Assembly: GCA_036172245.1 (NCBI GenBank)
Contig: JAYWIR010000011.1
Span: forward strand, 3,100,001-3,164,000
DNA: 64,000 bases
Source: Raillietiella orientalis
Taxonomy: Eukaryota
Direction: 5' to 3'
Made by a program: the position numbers and the translations under genes. Below, one piece after another: positions 37,261 to 50,950 of this stretch. Position 1 is the stretch's first letter; each line of letters opens with the position of its first letter. The notes under the pieces are model-generated. The model made no database searches. It was not told where the DNA came from and worked only from the letters and a program-made list of their open reading frames with translations.

Positions 37261-40200
37261 CTCAGCAGAGTCACGCGACTTCCCTGCCATCTCTGCGCAG
37301 GGAGGCGACCTCCGCGTGGAACCCCCTGCGAGTCGTCTCGGAATCTGCGACTGATCGAGACTACGAGCGAGAGAATCGGTCAGGGTCGGGGTCGTGCTGT
37401 GGAGCATCCGCGCTCCCGAGGTCAGGGTCATTTCCAAGAAGAATCGCGGGACGCTAAGTGAGGTTTAGGGACGCGAATTCCCGGCTCCCTGCCAGGTGCT
37501 CCCAGATTCCTCCCTCCTTCACTCACTCTCGGTCAGCCAAGCGAGAGGACCCCTCGGAGCGAAAACTGGGCTTAGGGAGCGGAGCGGGGCGGGGGGAATT
37601 CCTCGTTGCGGTGGAGGCGCAATTTTCTGACTGGTGCTGCACCGGTCTCGACCGGCGAAAATGTGGTCCGAGGCCATCCGCGCGTTTCCTGGCAGCAGTC
37701 TTCCGCGGAACCTCAGATCGACCAATGAGCATAAGGGATAATCGCGTTCGGACCACAACGTCAGGAAGACAGCGGTCTCATCCGGCCTACCGGCGTATCG
37801 AGGAACATCCGCGGACGCCGAGACCACCCGCGGATCGAGCGGCGGGCGGGGGGTCCTCGAAGGGAATTCGCCTTGGGGAGAGACGATCTCGCGAAGATGC
37901 TGGGAGCTCACGCCCGCGCTGCTCTCAGTTCCGGGGCTGCAGCCAGGAAAGGGAAGCCATGGCTCCATCGGCCAGGAGCCGGGAGAACGCCTTGAGGACG
38001 AGGGGGCAACGTTCGCAGCGATTTTCTCATGAGGCAGGAGGGAAGAGGCATGGCCGCAGACGGGATGCAGAGTCGGCCTTGTAGGGGTGGAGCTGACTAG
38101 AGCTCCCTTCCCGGGAACGAACTGAGGAGGGCGGCACCGAAGGAGGGAGTTGGAAGGCGGAAGAGGAGGAGGCTGACAAGCAGCGACTTGCACAAGCATC
38201 CGTCGCGCCTCCGGGAGGGAACCATGACAACAGCAGACGTTCGCGCGGAGAGTGGTCCTAGGAATCCTCCAAAGCATGGAAGCTGCGGAAAGGCACTAGC
38301 AAACAATAGGCTTCCGAGACGGGGAGGTGTGTGTGTGTGTGTGAGGGGGGAAGATGGGGATCTTTGGTGGAGAGGAATTATTCCAGTCAGGTGAATGGCT
38401 GGATGCGTGGCATCCAGAAAAAGAGAGAACGAAGCGACAGCGAGATCGCAGGACATTCCCAGGAATTTTTTTTTTTTTAATGCTCGGGAGCATCCAGTCT
38501 CCAGCTTTATGTGTGTTTTCTTTTGCCTTTGTTTTCCTTCTTTCATTCCTGGAACGCAGGAGGTGTTGCTGCGCACCTTGTCCCTGCTGGTGTGTGCACT
38601 CCGTGCCAGCGTTGAAACCAATAAACATAAAACTTAGATTGATGGCGGAAATGGAACACCTGCTTTCCTCGCTGCCGGCATGCTGCTGCACAGCCAGAAA
38701 AGCACCCGCACATTAGCGAGGGCGCGCGGCTGGTGGCCCCGCTCTCCTCCTCCCTCAGAGCGGCAGTTCGTTTCCTTCGCGAAGAGCCTTCTTGACGGGA
38801 ACACGTGAGCTGTTCAGCCACCCGTGATCTCGGGAGCTCTGTTCCTCCTTATCCTCAAGAAAGCACTCACGAAGCAGCTCTTTTATGAAGGCTAGGCAGT
38901 TCCTAACGGCGCGTTCCTTCTCGCGTTTCGTTTACTTTTGCCGACGATCGTCCGGAAAATCGGGGGCGGATAAACGTGGGAAGTTTCCTCACTTTTCTTT
39001 TACGAAAGCCCCCCGGCAACGCTGGCATCAAGAGCGGCATAGAGGGGGCGCACCCATGTTGGCGACGCGTGCCTCGGGCGAGGCCCGTGTTTGTGAGGCA
39101 GTGCATGCGTGCTGCGGCGGGACCGGTGAGGATGGTGCCCTGGCGGGAGAGCAGCCTCAGGAAGCTGAGGATTGCCACCGGAAGAGCTCGGTTTTGCAAC
39201 GAAGTCGCCTGAGAACGAGAACGTCGCGCGCGTGAGACCGCAGTGAGCTGCAATGGCGGCGGCAAGCCGGTTCCATTTGCCGGTTTTCTATGCAAACAGG
39301 AAAAGTTTCTCACTTACTGGTGTAATAATTCCAATGGCCAGGATTCACTTGCACGGGGTTCTAGCCTTCCTGGAGGAGCACTCTGATGTGTTCACTGCGA
39401 TCTGGTGAAGGCATGCATTGCTGATATTTTTCCGAACCAATTTCCCGATTTGCTTTAATTGGTAGCCAATTATCACCGTATAACGAAGAATTACCAGAAT
39501 AACTGTGCCAAGCAGACCCCAAGATGAAAAGACTTTAATCAGTTGGCACTAGTGTGCACTGGCACGCTCCATAGCGACGCGTCCAAATGTGAGAGGAAGA
39601 CGAAAAGAAAAAAAACAGGGGACTCTCAAACTTTGATGAAATCCAATTATTTCCTACTCGAACGCATGAAGAATTCTGTTTGCTACTTTTCGTAGTTGGC
39701 ATCATTTTTTCAGGTGCTGATTATGAGCGAAAAGCGCTTCATTTTTTCTTTCTTTCTTTCTTTTTTTTTTTTTTTTTTGTATGCAGGCGGAAAACTTCCA
39801 AACATTCTTCTTTCCTTAACTGCCTTGGACTCATCAAGGAAATGTGCACGCCGACTGGAACGGACTGTAAAAAGCAGAGGGTCCCTCTGCCTGCTAAGAC
39901 CGGGCTTTTACGGAACCCGAGTTTCAGCTGTTACCCAGGAGGCGACAAGGTTTTCTGGCTCTTTGCTAGGAGGGCGCCCAGGGCTTCCGAGGTCCCGCTT
40001 CGACTCTTCCGACGTTCTTCGCATAAAATGCTCTCGTGCTGGAGCTTCGAATCGGGACCGACGAAGCAAGGGGCGGGCCAAGGCAAAAAACAAAAAAACA
40101 AAACAAACAAAAATCACATCCGGTCACTTGCAGTTTTTTTTTTTTTTTCTTCTTTTCTTTTCTCTTCTTGTAAATTCTCTTCGCCAGCAGAGCACGTGAG

Positions 40201-40995
40201 GAAGAACAACGCGCTACTGCCAGCCGGGGTGTCGCTGAAAGGCATCATCCGCGTTGCAACTGCTTCGAATCTTTTGATTCGGACCGTGGACGATTCTCCC
40301 TTGGCCACCGCCTCAAACGGATCGTCAAGTGACACCCCGTCGGGAGCTCAGTTTCCGAAGATGAACGCGCGAGCGAAGATTCGGTGAAACCTTCAGGACG
40401 GATGCAATCTTCGGAACGAAAAGGAGATCTCTCCGCCTGCTACCGAGACGGATGGCAACTCTGTACCATCTCCGGGCGCGATTTCGAAGGCCCTGCTCGA
40501 GAATGCAAAGGAGGGTCTTTACTGCTGGATGAACTCCCCAGGCGGTGGTCCGCAAAGGGCAAACTCAGTCTCATCAAATCAGGCTTTCGAACTTTCGCAA
40601 TGGTTTCACCTGCGCAGCGTCCGGAATGCAACATTTCATTTTGGTCACACAGGCAGAGCATGGCAAAGACAGATTCTCGATACTGACCCGAAAAGGCAGC
40701 TATTTTAGCAAACGCGGCTTCCGGATTATTTGCTCTGCCGTTGGGAGTACAGCCTCACGTCGCCTTGGCGTTGGGCGATTTTTATCCTCGAAGAACCCAC
40801 ACAGCATCTTGCAGCTTCGATTGGAGATCCCGTACAACTGATCGTGTACTAAGAAAACACAACTTCCGTAAGGGAAACAGAAAGTGTGTCTGACGCACAA
40901 GGGGAAACGATCTGAGGAGTTGTGGAGGACGGTTGGGGCAAAAAATCAGTACGATCGGGCAGCACATTTATGAAAAAAAAAAAAAAGAAGAGGAA

Positions 40996-40996
<1 letters not shown>

Positions 40997-41027
<31 letters not shown>

Positions 41028-41041
41028 TAATAATAATAATA
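40997..41041. repeat. (AAT)n microsatellite
   Basis: About 15 aat units with one gat interruption. Confidence 0.9.
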
Positions 41042-43279
41042 AAACGAAGTTTGGAGTTCTAATCTGTGGCGATTGGTAAATGCTGTTTATCGAGCAGAGA
41101 GGAGCTGTTCACCTTTTGCTGCCGATTCTGAGCGACACGAGCGGATCACGTTCGAGGGATTTTCCTTTTCCGCAGCTCGTTGCCGTGGCGACCCATCGTT
41201 TCGCTCTCGAGTGATGGAGCTATTTTTAGTTACTGCCTGTAATCCATTCATTGTTGGCGCTGCTGCCCATCTTATTGCCTTGTTTCCTTGAGTCATAAAT
41301 CTAATCACTCCCCCCCTTCCTTCTCCCCCTCCTTACCCCGATGTACATGACGACCATCTTTGACTTAAAAATGTGCGTTCTGTGTACGATTATTCAATAC
41401 AGATACGTGTGCAGTCCATTCTATCACGTGTGGCTCCGTGTCTTCCCGCAAAACAGACAGGTACATCCTCCCCCCCCCCACCCCCCGAAAGATAACTGGG
41501 GTTCCTCTCTTTCTCCGTTACTTCCGAGGGTGGTTTTCGCCACTTATGAACAGAACAAGCAGTGGGGGGTTTTCGCCCGGATTCGGGTTCGTCTCCTAGT
41601 TGAAACCCGTCCCCAGCCATTGTTGGAGTTTCGCGACGTTGGGAATATAGGCAGGGAGTCGTGCACAAGTGGCCACGCTGGGAACACCAGGGAGTGGGGG
41701 TGGAAGAGAGAGGGGCCACGGAGCGAAGGCGTCGTAATTGTTCTGTCACCCGAGACTCGGGGTCGAAGACGTAAGGAGATGGCCATCCCTGCGCTGGAAC
41801 GCCCGGGACGCGTGGAAACAAGGAAAATCGGACACCACTCGCGGGGTATCGCAAGAGTCGTCCATTAATGGGGTAAGGGGGAGGGTCCGCTTAGAACCGC
41901 TTACACCGGAGAAGCGCGTATCGATTCCGTTTACGTCCCGAGGGGGGCGGGGGGGAGGGGAGGAGGGAAGACTCATCAAACCTTTGGCATGCATTTTTTC
42001 TTTTTTCCTTTTTCCGCCGTTGTGAGCGTGGCGATTTGTTCGAGAGAGGATCGCAGAGGGCTCCAGCCGGGGACGGTGGGAGGGGGGCGTCTGGACGAGA
42101 AGGACTTCGGGAGCAAATGTGCTCGACGTTGGATTCCCGCCCACGACCGTCAAGTGAAGAGGGGGAAAAGAAAAATTTTGGTGCGAGCGCCGAGGTACGG
42201 AAGGAACCTGCCGGATTGCGGGAGCCTCTCTCCAGACCGATGCAGAGTTTAAGGGAGGAAATCTCTTCCGTTTCTTCTTCGTCTCATTTCTGCCTATCCT
42301 GTTCCGTTTTTCCAGGATAATCCGGACGTCCTCCCTCCTCCTCCTCCCCTTCCCCTACCGCCGCCGCCGCCGCCGTCGATCCTTGAGAATCCTTGCCAGC
42401 GGACGATGTGCCTGCATGCTCGTGGTGGGCGTGTCAGGAAGCTTCTATACTGCTCTGCTCCCTTCTTCTTTCTGTCCACGGGAACCACTTCTCCTTTGCC
42501 CTCAGGGAAAAGTCTGGCGAGGCCTTCACCCGGAAGCTGAGGGCGAATCAGCGGTCCCATTCCGGGGCCAGCGGCAGCGGAAAGGCGGCGGTGGTTGGCC
42601 GATCTGCTCGGCACAACCCCCACCCTCCTCCTTCCAAGCAGGCAAGGGAGGGCGCACAAGAAGCGGTTCCTGCCTCCAAGGGCGACGTCGCTGAGGCTTT
42701 CTTCTTTCCTTTCTTTCCCCCTTGCATCCCCTGGATGCAGGAGCAGCGATCCTGAAGTCCCAGCAGAACATTGCGCCCGTTCCCTCCATCCTGCACGAAC
42801 GATCTTTCGATCCTCTTCAGGCAACTCTACGGCATTCTCGGGAATGACTCTCGTCCCGGGAGAGCACGGGCATAGGGTGAGGCCGAAGAGAGCTCCGTGC
42901 CTCGCCTCTTCTGCATCCGTGTTCTTCCCTCGGGGAGAGGTGCCAGATGAACGCTCGGCCCACCCCGCTCTGCCCGCCATCTCCTGAACCGTCTCGAATG
43001 TCTGAGCGCCCCGTCACACCTTGGATGTTTATTTAAAGAAGAGGCTCAGGCGCTCTCGAGGGGTCTGCTCGTCCTCCTCTCCGCTCCCTCCTCATCTCCG
43101 CTTTGGGAGGGGGTCCCCCCGGAAGCCGGGAGGCGTTGGCGCTCAAAGACAGGGAACCTCTGAAGCTCAAGTTTCTCTGGACGCCGGCGGGTGTGGAGAG
43201 CGAAGCGCGCGAGCGGCGCTGCCTCCAGGTTGCGCCGGGACGCTTCTTGGCACGCAGCACGGAGCCTCGCGACGGTTGC

Positions 43280-43500
43280 GGTAGGACACACGTGGTCCCT
43301 ACCGTCCCCAATCCCAAGGGGAAACTGCCAGGCTGCCCCCGGCAGCGGACCAGCCGCAGCGGAGGGGAACAAACAAGAAAACGAAAATGAAACGAAATCA
43401 AATAAAAAAATAAATCCGAAAAGACCATGGGAAGGGATCGCGTCCCGCTGGAGGGCGCCCTCCGCATCCTTCCCGGAATGCCAGCGAGTTCGGGCTGCAC
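43280..43500. repeat. Dispersed repeat family B, copy 1
   Basis: ggcagc..., an A-rich tract (gaaaatgaaa), then gggaagggatcgcgtcccgctggagggcgccctccgcatcctt; matches the 55.2 kb and 63.8 kb copies. Confidence 0.55.
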
Positions 43501-45240
43501 TCTTCCGGGATAAAGCCATTTCGTTGCAATCCTCAAGGAACGCAGTGCAAACCGGAAGCGTCCCTCCCACTGGGGTCCTCTTTCGGAGACTCTACAGGTC
43601 TCCGCAATCCCGCGGAAGAGCTGCTAGGGATGCGGCTGGGCGGGAACGCATGCAGAGGCGGAAAACGTCCCCGGAGTTGCCAACTGGAACCCGCAGGGTC
43701 ATCCCCAGAAGCTTCCCCCTAGGGGCCGGAGGGCGACGTAGCCCACGAGCAGGTACGGAAGGAGTTCCCGTTCCCCGCAGCTGCGACGGTTCGGGAACGC
43801 TCTCCCTGGTGTCCAGTGGTGTCGGCGGACGCTGGAGGCGTTGCGCGGCGCATGAGCGGCGAGGTCGTCCGGGGACCCTCCGCCCTCGGGGAGGAAGGAA
43901 AGCGCGCTTGGTCCGATCTCAGGGCTCCGACGCGCGAATCTGCCGTAAAACCTGCTTCCTAATCCGTCGAAGAGGGACCCTTGAAGCAGGGCCGGCGAGT
44001 AGAAGGGACCTTGGTCCCGCGTCTCTTCTGAGCTTCCTCGGCAGGAGCCACCACTTACCGGAGCGAGGCGAGACCTGCCAGAGTTTCGGGGGGAAGGTCG
44101 GAGGAGAAAATCCGGAAGATTCGGAAGTCGCTTGTAGGCGAGGGGACGAGGTGGACTGAAACCGGCCAGGAGTGCGGACAAGGCGCGCCTTCCTAGTCGT
44201 CCTGCAGGGGACTCAATATGCAAGGTTCTCTGAGGGAACGGTCAGGGCGAATCCTGCGGAGACCGCGGGAAGACTTGCTGCGTTGACGGCGGCGGCGCGG
44301 CCGTGCTATAAGTCGTCCTGGGATAGGAGAAAACCACTGCCGGAGGTGGCAGCGCGGAGGGCGAAGAGCGTCCCCAACGTGCCTCGATCGAGACATGGAC
44401 CAGAGCAGGACGGCCTTATGCCTGCGGGCTGCATTGATTCCCTCATGGGATTCGAACCAGGTGTGACCTCGGCAGTCCTTCTCGCACAGGCGCAGATTTC
44501 TAAGCGCTGGACAGGCTCCTGGACGCTTGACATCCGGAAACCCTCCCTCTCCCCAACCCACCCAAATAAAGAAGATAAGAGAGAGAGGCACCGCGTCGGG
44601 AGGAGACAGAAGGTATCACGTGAGCGCAAGAATCCGATGGCACAGCCAGGCCGGTCATCTAGCAAGGATCCAGTAGGAGGAACAGAATGGGTATGAACAA
44701 GGAATCCAGTTGATCCTGGCCTGCAGACAAAGGCTGTGTGGGTCGATGGACGATGTCGTGCCCTGACTCAGCGGAATCGAGAGCTCCTTCGCGCAGCGGC
44801 AAGGATCGCATTCCCAAACGGTAAGGTATTCCGGATCTGGAAGATTTTCTCGGACCCGTCGGTTGGCGCGCGCCGAGTCGAGTCGAGGTAGACCGGAAGC
44901 CTTCGGTTGGATTTCCCCCCCTTCCTATGACTTCGCCAGAGATGAGAGAAAACGTTCCGTTTCCTCCATATCGTTCCTGGAAGCCAACGTCGGTGGGGGA
45001 GGGGAGTGCTGGGTTCACCGGTGCTGCCGCCCACGGGCTGCCTACAATCGTCCGAAGGTTCCCTTGCTACCTCTTCTTCTCAGATGGGGCTGTTTCCGAG
45101 CCCCTCACGTGCAGGCAATGGCCGTCTTCTTCGAGACGTAGGGAACGTCCAGGCGGGGACTCAGCTGTAGCTGCTGACCCCAATGTCGTCTTTAGTACTC
45201 CTCGAGAGGATAATGGCGGTCGCAGGAGCCAGTGTCCACC

Positions 45241-46060
45241 TGAGGTTAGCCTACGTCGGAGACCACGCGGTTGTGATCTCTGCGCGTGGCACCAGGCGTC
45301 ACGGGTTCGAATACTCGGAGAGAATCGACGTCGAGAGATGGGGAGGTATCGTGGGTTCGAGTTTCTCCCGCGAGATGACGCTAGTTGGCCATTCGTTCGA
45401 GTGCGGCACAGGTAGCAGTTCAAACCGGATGCCCCCGATGAGTGGCCGAGATTGGGAGTCGGCACTCTGGGATCCTTCCAGGAACCGAATCAAGGAATCC
45501 GGTTCCCTTCGAGGTTCCCCTCCAGTTGTGCAAGGGAGAGGTTCCCTACCTTTTTCGGGGGGGGCCCTCCGTATCGTACCATGGAGCTGGTGGATTGCTG
45601 ATGCTTCTCCAGAGTGCAAAGAAGCGCTCTGCTCCCTTAGGGGAGGGCTCTTCTGAGAAATTTCGGAAGCACTTCTCCGGTGTTCTCTTCAGTTAAGTAA
45701 ACGGGAGCGGTTCCGTTGCTGATTCTCTTCGGGGAAGAAGAATGGAGCGCTTTGAGGGACTGAGCGGACCCCTTCGGGGGCCCTTCCGGAGAGAATAAGG
45801 AAGGTGATTCCCTTTGGAGTTCCCTTCGGAGACAACCAAGGTGGAGGTGTTCCCTTCGGGGATTCCTCCCCAGGCGTGAGAGGAACAGGGCTTCTTTCTC
45901 CGGAGCCCTTCCTGGATTCATAAGATGGTCCCCTCCCGGGGTACACCCTATCTTGAAGAATCACACTCTCCCTCGGCTGGCGTGGAACGGCATTAAAGAT
46001 CTGCGTCAGCCTTCACCAGGGGCACGACGGTTCTTGAGATACTGGGCGAACCGAAAAAAT
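45241..46060 (+). mobile_element. SINE-like family A, near full-length copy
   Basis: Two T-arm-like motifs (gggttcgaatac, gtgggttcgagtttc), body collinear with the 28 kb copy, ccttcctggattcataag...ccggggtac...ttgaaga, then ggcgtggaac and an A-rich tail. Confidence 0.72.
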
Positions 46061-46156
46061 GAACACCTGAAAGAAAGAGCTGGAAGGAAAACAGCAAAAG
46101 CCAAAAAAAAAGAGGAAAACCCACAAAGGATCTTTATCATCTCGTGAATGCGGAAA

Positions 46157-46255
46157 CACAGGTGCTCCGGTGTTCCCGCACGCTTGCCCTTGTCTCTGTG
46201 CTCGTGATGAAGAAGGCAGCGGTGAAGAGGGACAACGGGATTTGCGCCGGAGGAA
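46157..46255 (+). repeat. About 100-bp segment duplicated at 47554-47650
   Basis: cacaggtgctccggtgttcccgcacgcttgcccttgtctctgtgctcgtgatgaagaaggcagc versus cacaggtgcttcggtgttcccgcacgtttgaccttgtcgcggtgctcgcgatgaagagggcggc. Confidence 0.75.
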
Positions 46256-47869
46256 GCCAACCGACGCAAGGAGGTTGCCCAAGAAGGCGCCGCTGTGGAT
46301 GCTGGCAATGGATCGACGCAGGGTCGAGTGCACACTAGACACGTGAGTGTGTTTGCACACGCATTTGAGGCTCCTTCCTCTTCAGTCCGGCTCCGCGGAG
46401 GCATCTTTGAGGATCCATCTCTGACGCGGCGTCTCCGTAATGGACGAGTTCCAACAAGAAGAACCGGGCTAATGGACCTGCTGGCTGGGGATCGCTGCTC
46501 TTCCCGAGTGCCACCCCGCCCCGTGTTTACGCTTCGCTCTGGCACGAGCCCAGATTTTAGACTCCGGCTTGGACTGAATGCTGCGCGGAGCCCCGTGATG
46601 TATCAACTCTTTCCCGTGTTATCGTTCCACGGGGATTGCAGAATCGCATCTTCTGGAATCGGAGAATGATTTAGGTGCATTCTACTCGTGTTTTCTTTTC
46701 TCTCCTTTCCCTCTCCCTGCCTCCTTGTCGAGAGAGGGAGATAGAGACGGAGAAAACAAAACAAAGATCATTAATAATAATGAGACGAGAGAGCGCAGAT
46801 TGTCACCTGTCTTGTCGTCGAGGGACCCTTCGCTCGTCGTTTCGAACGAAGCGACGGCGGCGGAAGGCATTTCTTGCCAGTCCCCCCTTTGACCCGCTCT
46901 GGAGAGCACGTAGGAGTTTCTTCCTCTTCCTGCCTTCCCCTACCCCCTATTCACGCTCGGCTCAGGTGCGAGCACGGATCCTTGCGGGAAGGGAGGAGGA
47001 GGGACTTCTGGCTGGATGCTGGCTCTTTGTCCCCTCTCGTCCCTGTTTCCTTCCGGAGATCCTCGGATGCGGACCGACTGGATGCCGAATCCGGCGCTGC
47101 ACTCGCGCGCTCGCGCGCTCAGCGAAGACCACCGGATCCCCCCCCCTCCTCCTCTCATCCTGGATTGCCGAGCCATCTCCTCGACAGAAACAGATGGGAT
47201 TTTCACCGCGAGGGGAGAGATCGACCCGCGCCGGTCTGGAACGAGAGAGACTTTCCGCTCTGCGGCGGACAAAAACCGTGTCCCTAGAACGCGGAATTCC
47301 TCCCCTCCTTTTTTTTCCGCAGCTGACCCCAGTCCGACCGGCGGTGGGGTAGTGGATTTCGGGAGCGACTTCACGCAGGTTCACCATCCACACGTTTCTG
47401 CAGGCACCTTTTTGAGTGTTTCTGCTCGCAAGAGTCCGAGGCACCTAGTGTCGCCGCCTTCCTCCGAGTGACCAGGCGGGGACTCTGCCGCAGTTGCTGA
47501 TCCCAATTTCCGTCTTCGGTGCTCCTCGGGAGGATGGTGGCGGTCACAGGCGCCACAGGTGCTTCGGTGTTCCCGCACGTTTGACCTTGTCGCGGTGCTC
47601 GCGATGAAGAGGGCGGCATTGGAGAAGGACCAAGGGTTTGCATCGGGGAACGTTCCCGCCAAGATCTCCATCTCGGTTTTCGGTCTGGAGACTGGTCACC
47701 GCCATCGGCTCTGCCGAATACTGGCGCGGCGTCGGGCAGGTGAAAACGAGAAGCTGGGTTTCCTTGGTCCTGCTTGCTTTGAAGGCCGTCTTGGTCTACC
47801 CAGTCTGGAGCCATTGAGGATTTCTCCGTGGTAGCACATCAGGGGTCAACTCGAGTGTCCGGTGGTCGG

Positions 47870-48450
47870 TTGTTCAATTCTCCATATTGTTGCGCCAACC
47901 GTTGAAACTTCCGAATCCCGCAGCGGTTGGCGACCTTGTCCAGAGTGCGTCTTCTTTCTGCTTACCCTTCGTTTCCTCGCCACGGTGAACAGGAGCCACG
48001 CACTAGTCGCTTGATGCTTTCAGAACTCGCTGGTCCCGTGGATGAATTTCCCCTCCATCCCCGTGTTGCAGCGATGCGGCCCCACTGTGTGGCAGTTGCC
48101 ACTCGTGACGAGCTGTCCGCAGTCACACATGGTAATCGTGACCTTAGGATCGTCTGCTTTCAGGTCTCCCGAGGGACCCTCATGAAGCAAGGAATAACGA
48201 TGGCTAGTCCCTCCTGCTACAGCTCCTTGCCCCTGGGCACCACCTTCATCCACGGAGAGCCACTACCAGTGCCTGTTTTCGCTTCCACATGGGTTCGATG
48301 TTCCTCCACTCTTCGCGCTTGCCTATTGGGGCTGACGTCAGGTCTCTCGAGCTGTTGACCAGCTTCGAGTAGGCTCTGTGCGCCTCGCGTAGAGCCACTG
48401 GACCCAGCAGCTAGTGAGATCCACAAGCTGTCCACGGATTGCTTCAACGA
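47870..48450 (-). mobile_element. Possible CR1/L2-type LINE ORF1 (SGNH esterase-type) relic
   Basis: WMKVVPRGK, TSHRYSLL (cf. SNRFxxL) and VTADSSSRV (cf. VIGDSxVR) occur in order, with frameshifts and stops. Confidence 0.3.
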
Positions 48451-49399
48451 TTGCATCCCGTGTGGAAGGATGGAATCGTTGCACCAATAAATCAATCATC
48501 AATCCATCCATCAATCGTTCCATCTTCCTCCACATCATTCCCGGCGGTCCGCATCTGCGAGGAAATGGAGAGCCGGGTTCAACGATGTCACCTACAGGCT
48601 GCCTACAATCGTCCTTGAGCCCCACTCCCCAGGTGTGGGTTCGTTTCATTGCCCCTTGCATACAAAAAATGACCGTCGCAAACGGCTCCCCGCGATGGTG
48701 GCCACACCCTACCTCTCCGTTTGGGCCCATCGCCGCTGCACGCAAGTGGCGGACGGAGGGTCGCTAACGAAGAAGCCATCGGTGGGACCATAGGGACGAA
48801 AGTTTGGACTTCTCACCAGGCATTTGTGCTCCAACACTTGCACAACGCATCCAGACGGGAAGAAGACATTCCGTCCTGCTGACGCTCCCAAGACCCAATT
48901 CAGAATGGTCCATCAGGAGCTGGGAATGCTCCGTATCCGTGGAGTACTTCGTCCTGGATGAAAATCGCTTTCGAGTTTATTTGGATGTGCAGAGACGCGG
49001 GTAATTTGGAGCACGTGTACGCTGCAGGTACACGAATACTGTACCATGTAAAGCACAACAGTCACATGTATGTATGTACTGTGCTCATACCGTCATGTAT
49101 TATTACATATGATAATAAATGCATACGACTATTATCAATGTATTACCAACGTACGCATGGAAATTGTTGCACAACATACCATGGTGGGATAGCACGAATG
49201 TACTCACGAAATGCAGGGCAGACTTCGCCATTTGCATTTACGATGTTGCCAACTTTGCGTCCGGAACTGGATGCAGCAGCCGAAGGACTTCGGGACAGCA
49301 GGTATTTGTGAAAGCCGCGCGAGATTAGTGGCCCTGAAGGTAGAGGAGGAAGAGTGAGAGAGCAGGAGAAAAGGGAGAGTAGAAGGAAGAGGTCGCCTA

Positions 49400-50950
49400 T
49401 GGCTCAAGCGAGGGCGGTGGTACATCGCCAGCATCTGGTCTCGTTCGATGGAAGAACTACGGAGAAGGTCGTTTAATTTCCCGAAGGATAGTGCGGCCGC
49501 GTCCCGGACCGTTCGGCGGCATCTAGAAAAAACTCCTCTCTGCATCCAGGAGGTATTCGGGCCTGCTAGGGCTGCTCGTGAGCAGCATTTCTCGCAGTTC
49601 TGCCCTGGGTTCCACGCTGCTGCTACCAGTAGGAGCTCCGTAGGCCCGTTCGCCGGGTTTACCGGAAATATTCGATTGATGGACATAGCGTCCCGGAGAT
49701 GAAGAACGGGAGGAAGGGAGACAACGGCTGCTGCTGCTGCTGAAACCGTGGCGCTCCGGCAAGGGGTGCAATCAGCTGTGCTTGGAGGAACACCACTGTT
49801 GACGAAGAGACATCCCGATGAACATCCAAAGCAATGAGCAGCGCCCGTGCACCCACGCGAGGGTCGCTGGACCATCCCTTGCGAAGGGAGTGCTCTCCGA
49901 TCTCAACCGATCTGTCCCTTTGCTGAACCGTAGCTGGACCGGAAACCTCGGCCTCTCCGGGCGAGCAGGAGAGATCGCCACCGCCACGGCAGGCGGCCTC
50001 ATCTGCCGGAGAGCAGGAGAAGCATTCGGTTCCTGCAAAGAGCTATCTGGAGCGCCCCTCTCCCTCCCCACACCCCTGACTGAGCCCAGCCGGAAATTTT
50101 TCTACGAGACACAGGGTCATCCTCGTGCCACTTTTCAAAGTGACCACCTTTCCACATGAATTCAAGAGTCACAGAAAAGATCGGGAAGTCTTCAAGGTCG
50201 AGGAGAGGCCATGCGCGCTCCTTGTGCTGCTGATCCTCGCTCTCCCTTGCGCGCCAGCGGATCCGTGCGAGAGAGCTCATGCGCAAAAGATAAAACGCAC
50301 AAAGAGCGCGAAAGGTCTGAGATCACTGCTTCCGGCGAGCGTTCCCCTCGCCTAAGACAGCGCATCTCCCTAGCTGCTCCTTTTCTTCCCCTGACACGGC
50401 GTCCAGCAGCAGAGCGTTCTGTCCTCGGTCCTCGGCAAAGTTTCAACTGCTCCTTGGAAGGGAGGCTATTTCTCCCTTCTTCCGAAAGCGAAGATGGAAG
50501 GCAGAGCTCCCTTCTTTCTTCGGGAGCGGTTCCCTGGCTGCCCCATCGCGGTCAGAGGGTCGCGCGTCTGGGCTTCGCCCAGGGACAGGTGGAAAGAGTC
50601 CTCCAGTTCCTTTCGAGGAACGAACACCACCCGGAGACATGACCCAAACAGGCCAGCGTCCGTTGCCGCGGAGGTCTGTGAGGATGTCGCAGAGTCTCTT
50701 TGCAAGCTCTTCGGGCCCTGCGGAGAACATCATACGGTTCAGACTTTGCCGGATCGAGGAAGAGGCGCCGAGTCCAGGGAGATCAAAGCCTGGAGCAGGG
50801 AGGGGAGCAGTGCTGATCTTCCAGGCCGCAGCATCCACGGACTTCTGTCGGACTGGCCGAACGGGATGTGCGCTCCTCCGGAAGATTCTGCTCTTCCTAC
50901 CTTCTTCCTCCCGGTGGACCTCCTCACGAATTCTCACTCTTCCCGGGACT
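49400..50950 (+). mobile_element. Possible degenerate DIRS-like MT/tyrosine recombinase relic
   Basis: RSFNFPK...(MT-like), GCPIAV (cf. CPVxA) and SALPTFFLPVDL (cf. STFxxFYxxDV) lie in the expected order; weak matches. Confidence 0.28.

Noticed and set aside
39335..39550. Minus-strand open frame with a hydrophobic helix (LIKVFSSWGLLGTVILVILRY...)
   Set aside because: No start codon, no convincing splice partners and no recognisable family.
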